In this document: positions 1 to 13,094 of the stretch, piece by piece
How positions within the stretch are numbered: the first letter of the stretch is position 1
How the letters are laid out: every line of letters begins with the position of its first letter
Source: Lama glama
Lineage: Eukaryota
DNA: 64,000 nucleotides
Reading direction: 5' to 3'
NCBI GenBank assembly: GCA_028534125.1
Contig: CM052817.1
Span: forward strand, 57,848,001 to 57,912,000
Program-made: the position numbers and the translations under genes
The notes under the pieces: generated by a model
Seen by the model: only the letters and a program-made list of their open reading frames with translations
Databases searched by the model: none
What the model was told of the DNA's origin: nothing

Positions 1-947
1 AGATCTGGTTTAGAATTGGTATCAAATGACAGATTTGAGGAAAATAAATTTATATTTTAAAGTAGTTTAACAAGGAAGTTTAAACTATTACAGGATGAAA
101 ATTAACTGTGTTCATTATCATATAATAAATTCCTGCTTATAAGAATCAAAGCCGGCAGAAGATCTCCAATAATAGGAATTTGTTTACGTCATACATTTTG
201 GAGGGAAAAAATACGTAAGCTTATATCAAAATGCATTTTTTAAAGCACCTTCAAAGACATGTCATTCAATAAGTCCAGATTAAGTACACTGTTGTATTTT
301 CTTATAATGTGATGCATTGACAATTGAAATAATAATGTCCTGAGATCAAAAAGCCAGGGATTAAGGTAGGGTTTCCTGGATTTTATCTTGAGATTATCTA
401 GCTGGGAGAATTAATCTTCCCTGCATATTGTAGGTATAAAACTCCTGGCCTAACTAAGTTTACTAATGTCTATACTTCTGCAAAAATAGTTAATGAAATG
501 AATCTTAAGAATTTTTTCTTTTAACATTAGCTGATAATGTTATATACTTTATAACAGTTTCTCACTTCCCTGATTTAAGAGTAATGACAATAATAACAAT
601 TATTTAGTATTTATTATGTACCTATAATAAACATTTTAGACCAAGTATAATAAGTAACTAATTCTCTCTCTCCTTAACCACTGAGATAATTACCTTAAAC
701 TATCTATTTATCCTTATAATTTGAGTCTAGAATTTTATACTAAATAACTCTACCCAACAAATTAAGTAATTCATTTATCTGTTATGAGAGAGGAATGATA
801 CTTATTGCAGCTGACTGATTCCAATGCAATTTTCATAGGCAGACTATTTATGACAACATTTTTCATACTTTACTACTGCAAGGGTGGCTGATGGGGACAA
901 TGGCTGTATATATTGCCCACACCAAAATTATCATGGTCTCCCTGCTT

Positions 948-1198
948 AGTGGCTTTTCCATAGTACTCTGGGGAACATTAGTTTAATTCAATCCTAATAA
1001 CTATTTTAAAAAGGTCAAATAAGTTTGCAAAATCCTGGGTTAAATAAAATAATGCAAATGTATTAAATGGAGAAGAACTCAGATTCCTTAATGTGCTAAA
1101 AGGAAGACATGATTTGCAAAGTTTTCTAGCATTATAAAACCAGGGAAACTTTAGCTGGTGGGCTACTGTTCTTCAGAAAACAATTTGCAAAATATTGC
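948..1198. mobile_element. hAT-Charlie non-autonomous DNA transposon remnant (Charlie4-like, tentative)
   Basis: ggtcaaataagtttgcaaaatcctgggttaaa...cagattccttaatgtgctaa resembles recalled Charlie-family consensus; degenerate inverted ends. Confidence 0.5.
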
Positions 1199-1249
1199 TT
1201 ATTGTACAAACTTCAGTCACCTGTACCAGGACATGCATGCATACATGCA

Positions 1250-1270
1250 CGCACACACACACACACACGC
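1250..1270 (+). repeat. (CA)n microsatellite
   Basis: cgcacacacacacacacacgc. Confidence 0.9.
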
Positions 1271-1804
1271 ATCACTCTCAGCCCCTCAAACCCATGTTCG
1301 CATTCTGTCATTCTGAAGAAGACAAAAAAAATTCTGACTTTGTCAGTAGTTATCCTTGCAGCCCATCTCCACGGCCTCTATTAGATGACAGTATTGGTTA
1401 TGTTCTTTAATTTTTACCACAGGCTCTGAAACTTGCAATATGCTTATCTGCTTTCTCACTACATGGATTCTCCTTCGACTACAAAATGGAAAACCATTAA
1501 TATAGGGAGGCCCTCTTCAAACAGCATAGTCTACAACTGTCTGATAGCCAGTTCTTATAGAAATCAGGCTTTATAATATCACATGTACAAAAGGCCCCTA
1601 AAAGGCAGTTTATATACATCTAGGATTGCAACAGAGCGAATGTAAACTGCACATTTTAATTTAGCTTCTAGATAGAATCTGTTTCAACAGTTCTGTTTTA
1701 ATTTTATATCCTAGCTTTTTAAATAAAAATATGCATAAAATAGTCACATAAAGGCTTTTCTCTACTAGCTGTAAAAATGTTCTCAAGATAGATCCACTGT
1801 AAAG

Positions 1805-1995
1805 TAATAGCAACTATTTGCCTTCAGTATTCTAGGTACCTTATATATATATTAATCCACTTAATTCTTTTACAGAGGAGAAAACTAAATCACACAGAGG
1901 TTATGAAGCTTGAAGAAAAATCACACAGCTAGTAAGGGACATGCAAAAATTTGAACTAGAGAGGTCTGGCTCCAGTGTTTATGGTCTTTACCACA
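1805..1995 (-). mobile_element. MIR SINE
   Basis: ttttacagaggagaaaact...tcacacagctagtaag...ggtctggctccag is the reverse complement of the MIR core. Confidence 0.75.
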
Positions 1996-2866
1996 ACATT
2001 GTATTAATATTCCTGTTTGATTTTCCAATTTCTATTTTATAATTCAGCAATGTAGGAGCATGTTACTTTCTGAAGCACTATTATGTTTACTGTCTTCTGA
2101 TCATAGGAATTACATTTTTTATTATCTCTCATTTCACCAAACCTGTCAGGAAGCTTGGAGTACATGCAACAAGAAACTCAGTTACAGCAAGTCTGTGGGC
2201 TTTTAAGGGTGTTAAATTTTTATTCTCCCTAGATTTTTCTATTTCTATTACTGTCCTCCTCCTCTTCTTCATCATCACCACCATAATTTTCATCATTTTT
2301 GCTATTCATTTATTGTAATCTTCCTCTAAACCTATTCAAATTCTTGGTGAAATTAGGCCAAATAGAGATAAAAACAATAATAATTTACTGATCATCCTAA
2401 GGGTGTTTCTTGAAATGTCTTCTGAACCATCAAGGAAATATTATAATTAGTATAGTTTAATGTCAGGATATTTCACCGTACTCTACAGAAAATTTTACTT
2501 TCATCCTTTGGATTATAATCCTTATATGGTATCTATGCTGTCAGTTTGCCAGAACATTAAGTTGGTCAGAAGACTAAAAGGCTACTATAAATTAAACTAC
2601 TACAATGAAAATTAAACAATAAAACTGGTCAATTCAGTCTTCCTTCTTGACAGTTACATACATTGTGCTTTATTTATTTATAACAAATACCCATTTAAAA
2701 CTATTTAGTAATGAATCAAGATTAAACAAAGCTGCTGTTCTCTTAGAATGCTCCTCTATGGGCAGTGTGGTTGTCGACAATTACATTCTGAATAAGCAGT
2801 GCTGGGCTACACTGCTTGCTAGATATTTTCAATATCATCCCTGGATATAAGTTCCACAAAGCTTAC

Positions 2867-2908
2867 CTGTTGTCACACCGTGAACCACACCTTCCTTGGT
2901 TTTGGAGC
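2867..2908 (-). CDS. SNCA: Alpha-synuclein coding exon 3 (42 nt; G41-SKTKEGVVHGVTT54)
   Basis: Reverse complement: tttgtttgtttttatag|GCTCCAAAACCAAGGAAGGTGTGGTTCACGGTGTGACAACAG|gtaagc; phase 1-1, in frame with exon 2. Confidence 0.98.
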
Positions 2909-3339
2909 CTATAAAAACAAACAAATTCAAAACATAAGTCTGAAACTGGCCACACAGGCTGCTGGTGAGCTACTTTTAAATATGTCTAAGGCAAAAACAA
3001 AATCTCAGTCTTCAGAAGCCCATATATTAAGGTATACTAAGGGGGCACAAAACCTAAAACAAAGAAATTCAGTAATTGCTACAACACACAGACGAAAGCA
3101 AAACTAACAGGATGCTCTCCAATTAAAATTTTCACCCTCAAAAATGACTTTTCAACTCCTTGTGTCCCACCACATACCAATTTACAGAGGGGAGAAAAAG
3201 GTGAGATAACACTGGGACTGTCTGGGAAGGTGATTTTTGGATTCAGAACTGCAGAAGCTTTGCTAAAATACAGTACAAAAGAGAATAGTTAACCCGTGAA
3301 ACACAAATATAAGGAAGAGGGAGAGAAGGGGTGAACAGT

Positions 3340-3550
3340 AACAACAAATTCCTATTATGTAAAAGGTATTTCGTATCTCATCTCATTTAATCTTTGTAAT
3401 ACCCATTTTATATTATGCCCATTTTATTAGATATGAAGAAATTACAAATTAAATCACATGATTTGCCTAAAGTCACACAAGTAATAACTGACTACAAGCA
3501 CATTCAATTAAGGGCTCTGTGACCCTAAGCCTATATTTTTACCATTAAGC
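3340..3550 (-). mobile_element. MIR SINE
   Basis: tctcatttaatct...cccattttattagat...atttgcctaaagtcacaca MIR core motifs. Confidence 0.65.
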
Positions 3551-4069
3551 CAGGAAAACCTTTAGAAGGATAGTATTTTACCATTCAAGTGTGACTAATG
3601 CTAACTTCAAGAAGGGGCAAGATATACATAAATAATTTATTAACATGTGTCATTAAAACTAAGTTTGTGAACAGTTTTACTCATAAACTCTCTAGTGTTG
3701 GATTTTTCAGTGTAATTCATAGCAGTTTTTTAATAAACTGTTTTTGGAGAAAATGACAACAAATTGAAGATTTACTTGAAAACTACCCTATAAGTCAAAT
3801 AAAGTTGTTCTATTAGACAGAGAAGAATATAAGGAAATTAGGATGTAAAAATTGGGAAATGATTTAAACCTCTATTTGGATATTAAGATAGTTACCCATC
3901 TTCAGTTTAAAAATGCACTGATTTATAAAGCCTTATAAGCTTTATAAGTATAGTATACTAGTGAAATAACTGTAAACACATTTTACAACCAAGGAAAAAA
4001 GTGTAAGAGAGCCTCAGTTGCCATATCAATAAAATGAATACATAGGATTAATTAAATAATCACTTAGAA

Positions 4070-4268
4070 GCTGGTTCTTAAACTGTAGAGTGCAGCGGAA
4101 TCAGCTGAGTGGCAGCAGAATCAATTGGGTGGCAGTGAGGTTAGAAAACGTTGACTATTGAGCTAAAGTTTCAATACTCAGTAAATAACAGGTACAGATA
4201 TTTGCATATTTAATAACCCTCATAATCTAATGCAGGTAATTCATGGATCAAATTTGAGAAACATTAGT
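4070..4268. mobile_element. MER5-type hAT-Charlie MITE
   Basis: ctggttcttaaactg...gaatca...tttgcatatttaataa...tttgagaaacatt; MER5-like inverted termini. Confidence 0.55.
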
Positions 4269-4897
4269 CTGAGGCAGTTTCTAGTTCCAAATTTATTTAG
4301 AAGTACATATCTATGATTTAAATAATATGATGATCTATAAGATGATTTAAGTAAATATATAAGTTCATATTGAATATGTTCTTTGAATTTTTTATAAAAA
4401 TATATAAATATGGCATTAAGTGAAATTTGCATGCATTATTCTTAAACTTACACTTCACAAAACAGTCAAGGAAAGTTTCTACATTTGATAAAGCAATTTA
4501 AATATATCTTAAGAATTTCCAACTTGAATACATTTAAGGACTTCTAATAAATATGTAACATAAAACAAACTACAGCTTTGTAGTGAGGAAAGTCAGCTCT
4601 GTATTCTGATTTTTCTGGCTTTAAATCTTCACTTCACTACATAATAAATACACATCATACAATCAGCATGAAGATCAAAGGAAATAATACATGTACAGTC
4701 CTTAAAGTAGTGTTTAGTACATAGTAAATACTTAGTGATACCTGCTATTCTTCTTCTTATATAATATTTGTAGAGTAATTTTCAGTTTAAAACGTGGGAC
4801 AAATCACCATGTCACAAATTCATATAATGAAGTTGTATAGTTGTTAAACATAGTAAAGGATACAGGATGGTATTTTACATATATGCAATATGACGTG

Positions 4898-4918
4898 AGT
4901 GTGTGTGTGTGTGTGTGT
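4898..4918 (+). repeat. (GT)n microsatellite
   Basis: gtgtgtgtgtgtgtgtgtgt. Confidence 0.9.
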
Positions 4919-4920
4919 TT

Positions 4921-5993
4921 CAGGCAATGATCACTTTGCATAGTATTGTGGATCAGAAAATGACTGCATACAAGCTGAGATGAAGCTATAGAAAGTGATC
5001 TTAATAATCAATGAGGAAAATTCTGATTAATCAGCAATAAAAATCACTGTTGTTCCATGGCCTCTAAAATTTTTTGTCAAAAACATTAAAACTTCTCCTA
5101 GTTATTTATAAATTATAGGGAAATTAAAAGCTAATATAACTAATATTTATTTTGTATACTGTAATTTAAAATACTGAGAATTAAAGTGTTTCTTTCTAAA
5201 AAAACTTACTGAGTAGTTTAAGCAGTGTTTGTTTTCTCATTGTCTAACTTTCGATGTCGCGCTGAGCATCTTTCCTAGGTCTTAAAAATTTGTCATACTC
5301 TTTTGTAAATTTGGGTCAGTTTCCAAAATCTTAGCTTTTGTAGTTTTAATGTCACAATATATCTCTGGTAGTTCCTTCAATGTGAAGTGTTTATGTGGAC
5401 CACTTCCTCTGGGACATCTTCTCCCTATTAATCACAACCATACTCTCCATTTCTGTTGATACCTGCACCTTCAGTAAGTTCCTCTGGCTGCACTTCTACA
5501 GTCTCTTTAATGGGAGCAGTGTCGACATTCCTACAGTCAGCTACTTTTTCTATAAATAAGTTTAGGTTTGCCTCAAATTTTATTTGTAGGATTTTTCACT
5601 TTATTTGCTGGACATTCATTTTGGGGTGCCAACTTCCTCTTTCAATTATGCATTTTAGTAAAATATCATGTGTGTTTGTCACCGGGAGAAAAGGCAGCAG
5701 TACAACTCTGGGCTTTGCTGTCTGTCTGAACTGAATAACAGATGTGCAGTGCCTGATCACCAACAACTTTGAAAGGAGTGATGTAATTTGATCGTGGATC
5801 ATAATGAGCTTCTGGTATTTATGTAGTGATTTGTGGGCTGAGGAGCTAGGAGCAAAGTTTGTACTTTATATAATCACTCAGTTTATTTACTGTGGTAATA
5901 GAAATTGAACTGTTGTTAGGGACTGGTGTTATTTAACTAACTGTGGTAACTGAAATTCATGCATACTGGATTATGCGAAGTGAGAGAAGCCTC
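4921..5993 (-). mobile_element. TcMar-Tigger DNA transposon deletion derivative (subfamily not assigned)
   Basis: Degenerate terminal inverted repeats (aggcaatgatcactttgcatagt versus reverse-strand aggcttctctcacttcgcataat); internal minus-strand sequence (gaatttcagttaccacag, cttcacattgaaggaact...gaaactgacccaaat) resembles recalled Tigger consensus. Confidence 0.7.
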
Positions 5994-7132
5994 TATTTAA
6001 GAGAGTATTTCTTATTACTGCCCACCTACCATTCCCTGCACCCCTTATTTTTAAAAATGACTAGTAGAAAGGAATGTTTAACAGTGGCCTGTGGTCTTTC
6101 TTCTCTGCCTCAGTTATCCTGATAATTTGATCTTTGACTAAATCATGGAATGTATCCTGAATCAAAGATACATCAAAGTCTTGATGAGGTTGCTTTGTAT
6201 CAAACCCATCACCTTGTTTTGGCTGTCAAAATTGTTCATGAGTACATGTTATTCATGATTAACCTTTAATTGATGAGTAATCTGTAGTTGAAAAGATATA
6301 GCCACAAAATAGGGGCCAAGAGGCTGTGTGACTAGCAGTATACATGTGTGTGTTTATATATAGCTGAAGGGACACTAAATCTGATGGCTTCCCTGAGCAG
6401 AGGTGGCCCACACCCATCCCAACTTGTCTCTCATGACTTTACAAGGCTGCAGAATGAAGAAGGTCAGAAATGCCAGGGGGGTTGCAACAACTCAGTTATA
6501 CTGTTGTGCATGTTATGTTGACTTCTCAATATGGTACAGGTGAAGTATATTGTGACTTGGGAATATAATTTCAATCCACAATCTTGACCACTGGTGTCTA
6601 TTGAGTAAAGTGGCTTTAGAAGAGTTTTAAAGATCATTTTATTGCCTTTACTGTTATATTACTTGGCATTCTATAAAGAGAATTAACCTTTTTCCACTTT
6701 TGAATTTGACTCTCAATTTATAATTTCTAAATCATTTGATTGAAAAAAAAAACTTGTCCATTAAATTGAAGTATGTTGATTAAAATTTTGCATACAAAGA
6801 TATCACAAAAGAAAAAAAACATAAAATAGCACTGGTTCTTATAGTAGTTCTTCAAATAATTAAGAGATAGTTACCAAAAGTATAATAATATAAAGGAATG
6901 AGATTATTTCTCATGAGGCTTATGAAAATAATGTGCCAAATTTCTTCAGCCAGAAGTGAAACTCAAAATTCTTCTTTAGTCATTTCTAATCTTTCAAGCT
7001 CGCTATTGATAACAGTTCTTGTAATGAAGGGTGAAAAGATAAAAAGAAAATACATTGACAAAATAATTATTCTGTTGGAGTGTCTATTTGACAATAGTAA
7101 AGATGTCTCCTATATATAAAAGTGTACTTTAC

Positions 7133-9600
7133 AAAAATTCTCAACAAAATATTAAGAAATCAAACCTAACAATATATAAAAAGAATTATACACCACAATC
7201 AAGTGGGATTTATCATACTTATGCAAGGCTGGTCAACATTTGAAAATCAATTAAGTAATTCATCACATCAACAGGCTCAAAAAGACAAATCACATGATCA
7301 TATTAATAGATGCAGAAAGAGCATTTGACAAAATCCAACATCTATTTGTGATAAAAAATTCCCAGTGAACTAGAAATAGAGGGGAACTTCCTCAACTTGA
7401 TAAAAAATATATACAAAAAAATCTATAGCTAACATCATATTTCATGGTGAGAAACTAGAAGCTTTCCTACTAACACCAGGAACAAGGCAAGAATATCCCC
7501 TCTCACTACTCCTTTCAACATCATACTTGAAGCCCTAGCTGATGCAATAAGGCAAGGAAATAAAATATATCAAATTGAGAGAAAAAAAAAATTGTCAAGA
7601 ATTCTACAGACTCTCCTGGAACTAAGTTATTATCACAAAGTTACAGGACAAGGTTAAAAAGTCAATCACCTTCTTATATACCAGCAATGAACAAGTGGAA
7701 CTTGAAATTGAAAACACAATACCATTTACATTAACACCAAAAAAAAAAATCTGGGTACAAATTTAACATAATATATACAAGACCTATACGAGGAAAACTA
7801 CAAAACTGATGAACAAAACCAAAGAACTATATTAATGGAGAGATATTCCATGTTCACGGATATAAGACTCAATAGTATCAAGATGTCAGCTCTTCCCAAT
7901 GTGATTTATAGTTCAATGTAATCTCAATCAAAATCTCAGAAGGTTATTTTGTGGATATTGACAAACTGATTCTAATGTTTATGTGGAGGGGCAAAAGGCC
8001 CAAAATAGCCAACACAGTATGAAGAAGAAGAAAGAGGACTGACACTGTCAAACTTCAAGACTTACTACAAAGCTACAATAATCAAGACAGTATGATATTG
8101 GTGAAAGGATAAACAAATAGATCAAGGAAGCCAGTAATACACCCACATATAATCAACTTCTTTTTGACAAAGGAAAAAAGTCAATAAAATGAAGCAAAGA
8201 TAGTCTTTTAAACAAATGGTTTAGAACAACTTGATATCTACATGCAAAAAATAACTTTATACACCAACTTTCACCCTTCACAAGTAAATAACCCAACATG
8301 AATCACAGCCCTAAATGAAAAGTACAAAATTATAAAACTCCTAGGAGATCACATAAGAGAAAATCTACATAATCTTGGGTATGGCAATAACTTTTTAGCT
8401 GTAACACCAAAGACATGCTTTATGAAATAAATGATTAATAAGCCAGAATTCATTTAAATTAAAAACTTCTGTGAAAGACAATGTCAAGAGAATGAGAAAA
8501 CAATCTACAGACAAGAAATATTTACAAAAGATACATCTGAAAATGAATTATTATCCAAGATAGACAAAGAATTCTTAAAATCAACAATAAGAAAACAAAT
8601 AACCTGGTTACAAAATGGGCCAAAGACCTTAACAGACGCCTCACCAAAGATGATGTACAGACAGCAGATAAGCATCTGAAAAGATACTCCACATTCTATA
8701 TCATCAAGGAAACGCAAATTAAAATAACAATGAAATGCCACTATTAGAAAGGCCAAAATTCAGAACATGTGGTCAAGGATGCAGAGCAAGGAGAACTGTC
8801 ATTGATTGCTGGGAGAAACGCAAAATGGTGCAGCAATTTTAGAAGACAGTTTGATGGCTTCTTAAAAGAAGTAAATGTATTTTTACCATTTGACCCAGCA
8901 ATTGTGCTCCTTGATATTTACCCAAAGGAGCTGAAAACTTATGTCCACAAAAAAATCTGTACACAGATGTTTATAGCAGCTTTATTCATCACTGCCAAAA
9001 CTGAGAAGCAACCAAGATATCCTTCAGGAGGTGAATGGATAAACAAACTGTTACATCGAGACAATGGAATTATTTGGCACTAAAAAGAAATCAGCTGACA
9101 GTAGAATATTACTTGCAATAAAAATATGAGCCATTAAAATATATGGAAGAACCTTAAATGCATATTATTAAGTGAAAGAAGTCAGTCTGAACAGGCTACA
9201 TACTATATGATTCCAATAATATGACATTATGGAAAAACACAAAACTATGGAGAGAAAAATGATCAGTGGTTGCCAGGGGCTGGGGGAAGGCCATGAATAA
9301 GCAGAGCACAGAGGATTTTTAGGACAGTGAAAATACTCTATATGATACTATAATGATGACTACATGGCATTATACATTTGTCCAAACCCACAGAATGTAC
9401 TACACCAAGAGCAAACCCTGGACTTTGGGTGACTATGATGTGTCAGTGCAGGTTCAACAGTTGTAACAAATTCACCACTCTGGTGAAGGATGTTGGTGAT
9501 GGGAGAGGCTATGCATGTGTGGGGTCAGGGGTACATGGGAACTTCTGTACTTCTTAGTTTCTCTGTTAACTTAAAACGTTATTAAAAAATTAAGTGTTAA
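7133..9600 (+). mobile_element. 5'-truncated degenerate LINE-1 (ORF2 RT/C-terminal part and L1MC-type 3'UTR), antisense to SNCA in intron 2
   Basis: atagatgcagaaagagcatttgacaaaatccaaca (IDAEKAFDKIQ-like region); ORF 8769-9083 with PFDPAIVLLDIYPKE...CTQMFIAALFITAK; 3' end tatacatttgtccaaacccacagaatgtac. Confidence 0.93.
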
Positions 9601-9669
9601 AGTATGTTTTATTACTCATGTGTTCTGCTTTATCATGACATTCTCACAAAAACTCAGCAAGGTACTTGT

Positions 9670-9812
9670 ATTTATCCAAGTCATATTTTTACAAATGAGG
9701 AAAATGATGTTTACATGTGTTAAGTAACTCCCCCAGTATCCTAGAGGCAGTAAGTGATACAGCCTAGACTGGGATTTAGGTTGGTCTGATATCAAGTCTA
9801 TTTTTCCCACTT
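9670..9812 (-). mobile_element. MIR SINE
   Basis: ttttacaaatgaggaaaatga...ttaagtaactcccc...gtaagtga...ctgggattt. Confidence 0.65.
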
Positions 9813-9815
9813 TAT

Positions 9816-10021
9816 CAGGAGTCAGCATATTATAGCCTAAGGGCCAAATAAATTCCCCCACCTGTTTTGGTAAGTTAAATTTTATTGGAACAAAGCCACC
9901 CTAATTATTGTCTGTGGCTGCTTTCACACTGCAAGAGCAGAACTGAACAGTTAAAACAGAGATATCACAGCCTAAAATATTTACTATCTATCCCTTTTCA
10001 GGAAAAGCTTACCAATCCCTA
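9816..10021. mobile_element. MER58A-like hAT-Charlie MITE
   Basis: caggagtcagca...ttttattggaaca...tgtctgtggctgctttcacact...gcctaaaatatttactatct...ccct. Confidence 0.8.
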
Positions 10022-11644
10022 AACTACATGACTGTGTCTTCACATGGTCACTTTTCATCCTGAATTCTGTATGTGTGTTCAACTTTTAACCAACTTTCAA
10101 ACATAAATGATACAAACTCATAGTTGACAATAAAAATAAAAGTATTTCCAGATGATAATCCTGTTTATTACCTGGAAAGGAACAATATGTTAATTTAATA
10201 TTTAGTCATTTCTGGACTCATTAGAAACTAATAGAGTGAATATTATCATCCCTTAAAAAATCTTTAAAGTTACTAAGTTATAAAGTAATTGAAATCGAAG
10301 AATAGTTGTGTGCATGCACTTGCACAACTTGGAAAACTGAGGACAAATATAAAGAAAGATGTTGATTATTTGCATGTCATTGATTCAATATTCCAAATTC
10401 CACCTAAAATGATACAATTCACACTTTGCAAAAAACCTTGAAATTAACCCATCAATTTTTTCCTCTTATAAGATTTTTAATTAAACGGTTTTCTGAAAAT
10501 ATGTTTTAAGATACAGAATAATTCATCTAAAGATTTGTGGTAAGATCAAGCCAAGAGTCTATGAACAATAAAAATAAAAATTTCAAATGAGAAGCATTCA
10601 GGAAAAATCATTACAAGTCATCACTTTTCTCCAGCCATCTATGTTGGAGTGACAGCATAGCTTTTTCTCATCCCACAGACAGAGTCCTATGCCACCCAAT
10701 ATGCTCATCCTCCACTTTATTGCTCATCCTGTGGCTACTGTTGCCATAGCTGCTACCGGAGAATACGGAAGAGCTCAGAGGAAGAGTAGAGACAGAAAAG
10801 GTAGTAGGTGAGTGTATGCGTATGTGTCTGCGTGTCCCTATGGATGAGTGTGTGTCTATATATATATGTGTCTATATGTGTGGCTATTTCTTCCCCAAAG
10901 AATTTGAAGGGGTTTGTAAAATAACACACCACCTAACACAGCTCAAGATAAGGAGAAGAAAGTCAGGGTCTGCGTGAATACTCCAAGATGGGAATTTATA
11001 AACAAGTAGAAATGATAAGCATCAATTTCAATTTATTATGTGTGCTGTTTAATAAATAAACTATGAAGTGACTTGGAGATACTAGCAACCCTCAAGCACT
11101 TTTTGGAGCACTTTGTCCCCAGCTTACCAAGTGGTCACAAGGAGTAACTACACCAAGGACCTTTTGTCTTTTCCTTTTCAGGGCCACAGTAGGTCTCTCT
11201 TTATATATCTCAAGGCCATATCAAAGTCTTATTTTAAAATTAGAATATGCCCAAATTACCAAATACTCTACATGATGATTAAAGAAATCAAATTCCATGA
11301 GTGATTTTGATTCTTAACAAATTCTTGAGTATTTTTTTAAAAGACTAAGTTTCAAAAACTGTCCTCAGAATGATAGTTACTTCTGCATAGACATATTCCT
11401 TTTAAAAAAGAAACAAAGTCCTAAGCATTATTGCAAAATTAAGTAATCTGGCAGAAGAAAAGATTAGCCCCACTTTTTACTATTAGTTCAAACATATACA
11501 TTCACCTACCCACACACACCTCTGATTCAGTCCATCTTTTTGACAAGGGAAGATGCAAAACTGAGTGAGAAACACCAAGATTTAAAGCATCAATCATCCC
11601 AACCATCAGTCATAAATAAATATCAAAATGACACTTGGGGCTTA

Positions 11645-11795
<151 letters not shown>

Positions 11796-12872
11796 CTGGA
11801 GAACATAAAATATACTTTGATAACTTTTCCATAAAGCAAAACAAAATTAGAACTACCCAAGGTTAAAAATCACTGAAAGTGAGCAGAATCTCCCAAAGTG
11901 TGAAACTCTTTAAAGAGTACCTTCATTTCAACCACTGGATCAACTAGCATTTTGTTTTGTTTAGATTTTGCGTTAAAATTTTAGCATCTCCCATCCATCT
12001 TGGCTGGTAAAAGTCTAGCCGCCTAAACATAGATTAGGATGAATCATCTGAGCTGTTCTTACTGCGTTTTCCAAGTGGAGTTGCATGAAAAGATGGACCC
12101 CTTTCAACTTCCCGGGGTCCAAAACGTGACTATAAGTTAGAATTGCGTTTAGAAGACAGATCACAGGAAAAGAAAGGGAACTGGAGGCATGGGGTCAGGG
12201 ACACTCTTAAATCCCAGAAGATGGCTAACAGGTTGACCATGGAGAGGGGAGGGAAGAGAACAACTCACTCTGGGTGTGGCTGAACCTCAGGCCAACTGCG
12301 TGCCCACTCGACAATTCACCCAGCCCTCGCCCTCTACCCGGAGCAGGCAGGCTGGCAGGCGCGAGTTCACACTCGTGGGCAGTCTCCAGAAGCTCGCCGG
12401 CCACTCGAGGGGGCGTTCTCAGTACGCTGAGCCTCCACCATCCCAAAGCCCTCACCTGTTAACCCCTTACCACCTGTTGACTTGCCCTCTTAGCGCTTCC
12501 ATGATTTGCCAAACACAGCTTGTTTACAGAGAGAACAGAGAGGGCGGACTGGGGGATTTAAGTAAAGAGAGAAGTAAAAGTTGAATACTCATATTCGATT
12601 GAGCATCCTCGCGTTTCCAAGGAAAAGCGTATCAGAGATCCCTAACCTCTCAGCTTTTGAAGACGGGAAGACGGGAGTACTGGACGCAGGTGGAAAGCCA
12701 GGTCAATCTACTTTCATTAAGCTCACCAAAAGGATAAGTACCTTCGAAAAACTTGACTACAGTGGGTCCTCACTGCAGCACCAGCCCCCTCCCAGGTGTC
12801 CGCAATGACTCCTCTCCCACCAGGTTTTCTCCAGGATTTCCAAATCTGCCGTTTAGATCCACAGGTCCTTAC

Positions 12873-12960
12873 CTGAATCCCTTGGCTCCTCGGAACTCTG
12901 ATTTCTCCCCCACCCCTACTTAAAAAAAATTTTTTAAAACAGTTCCCAAATATTATTTAA
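12873..12960 (-). other. SNCA: SNCA alternative non-coding first exon (proximal); 5' start approximate
   Basis: ...gagccaagggattcag|gtaagg strong donor at 12873/12872; resembles recalled human ...GAGGGACTCAG|gtaagt. Confidence 0.7.
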
Positions 12961-13094
12961 ATGGGAAAAGGGAGGATAAAAAGCGCACAGGAAGGGTGGA
13001 GGCGGCACTAGGAGAGGGATGGTCCCCAGAGGCGGCGGCTGTCAGCACAGCCCGGTGATGAGAGGCTGGGGGCGTCGGAGGCGAACCAGCGAAC

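Noticed and set aside
1..2866. Searched for SNCA exon 4 (VAEKTKEQVTNVGG)
   Set aside because: Not found; the region is intron 3 and exon 4 must lie beyond the left edge.
4092..4134. Degenerate 20-bp tandem duplication
   Set aside because: Lies inside a MER5-type fossil; ordinary slippage with no sign of function.
8505..9083. ORFs with protein-like motifs (also 39740-40131 and 52503-52885)
   Set aside because: Short sense or antisense translations of decayed LINE-1 ORF2 sequence, not host genes or an active L1.
12400..12417. CTCF-like GGCCACTCGAGGGGGCG in intron 1
   Set aside because: Spacing is off by two bases from the core motif and GC-rich context makes chance matches likely.
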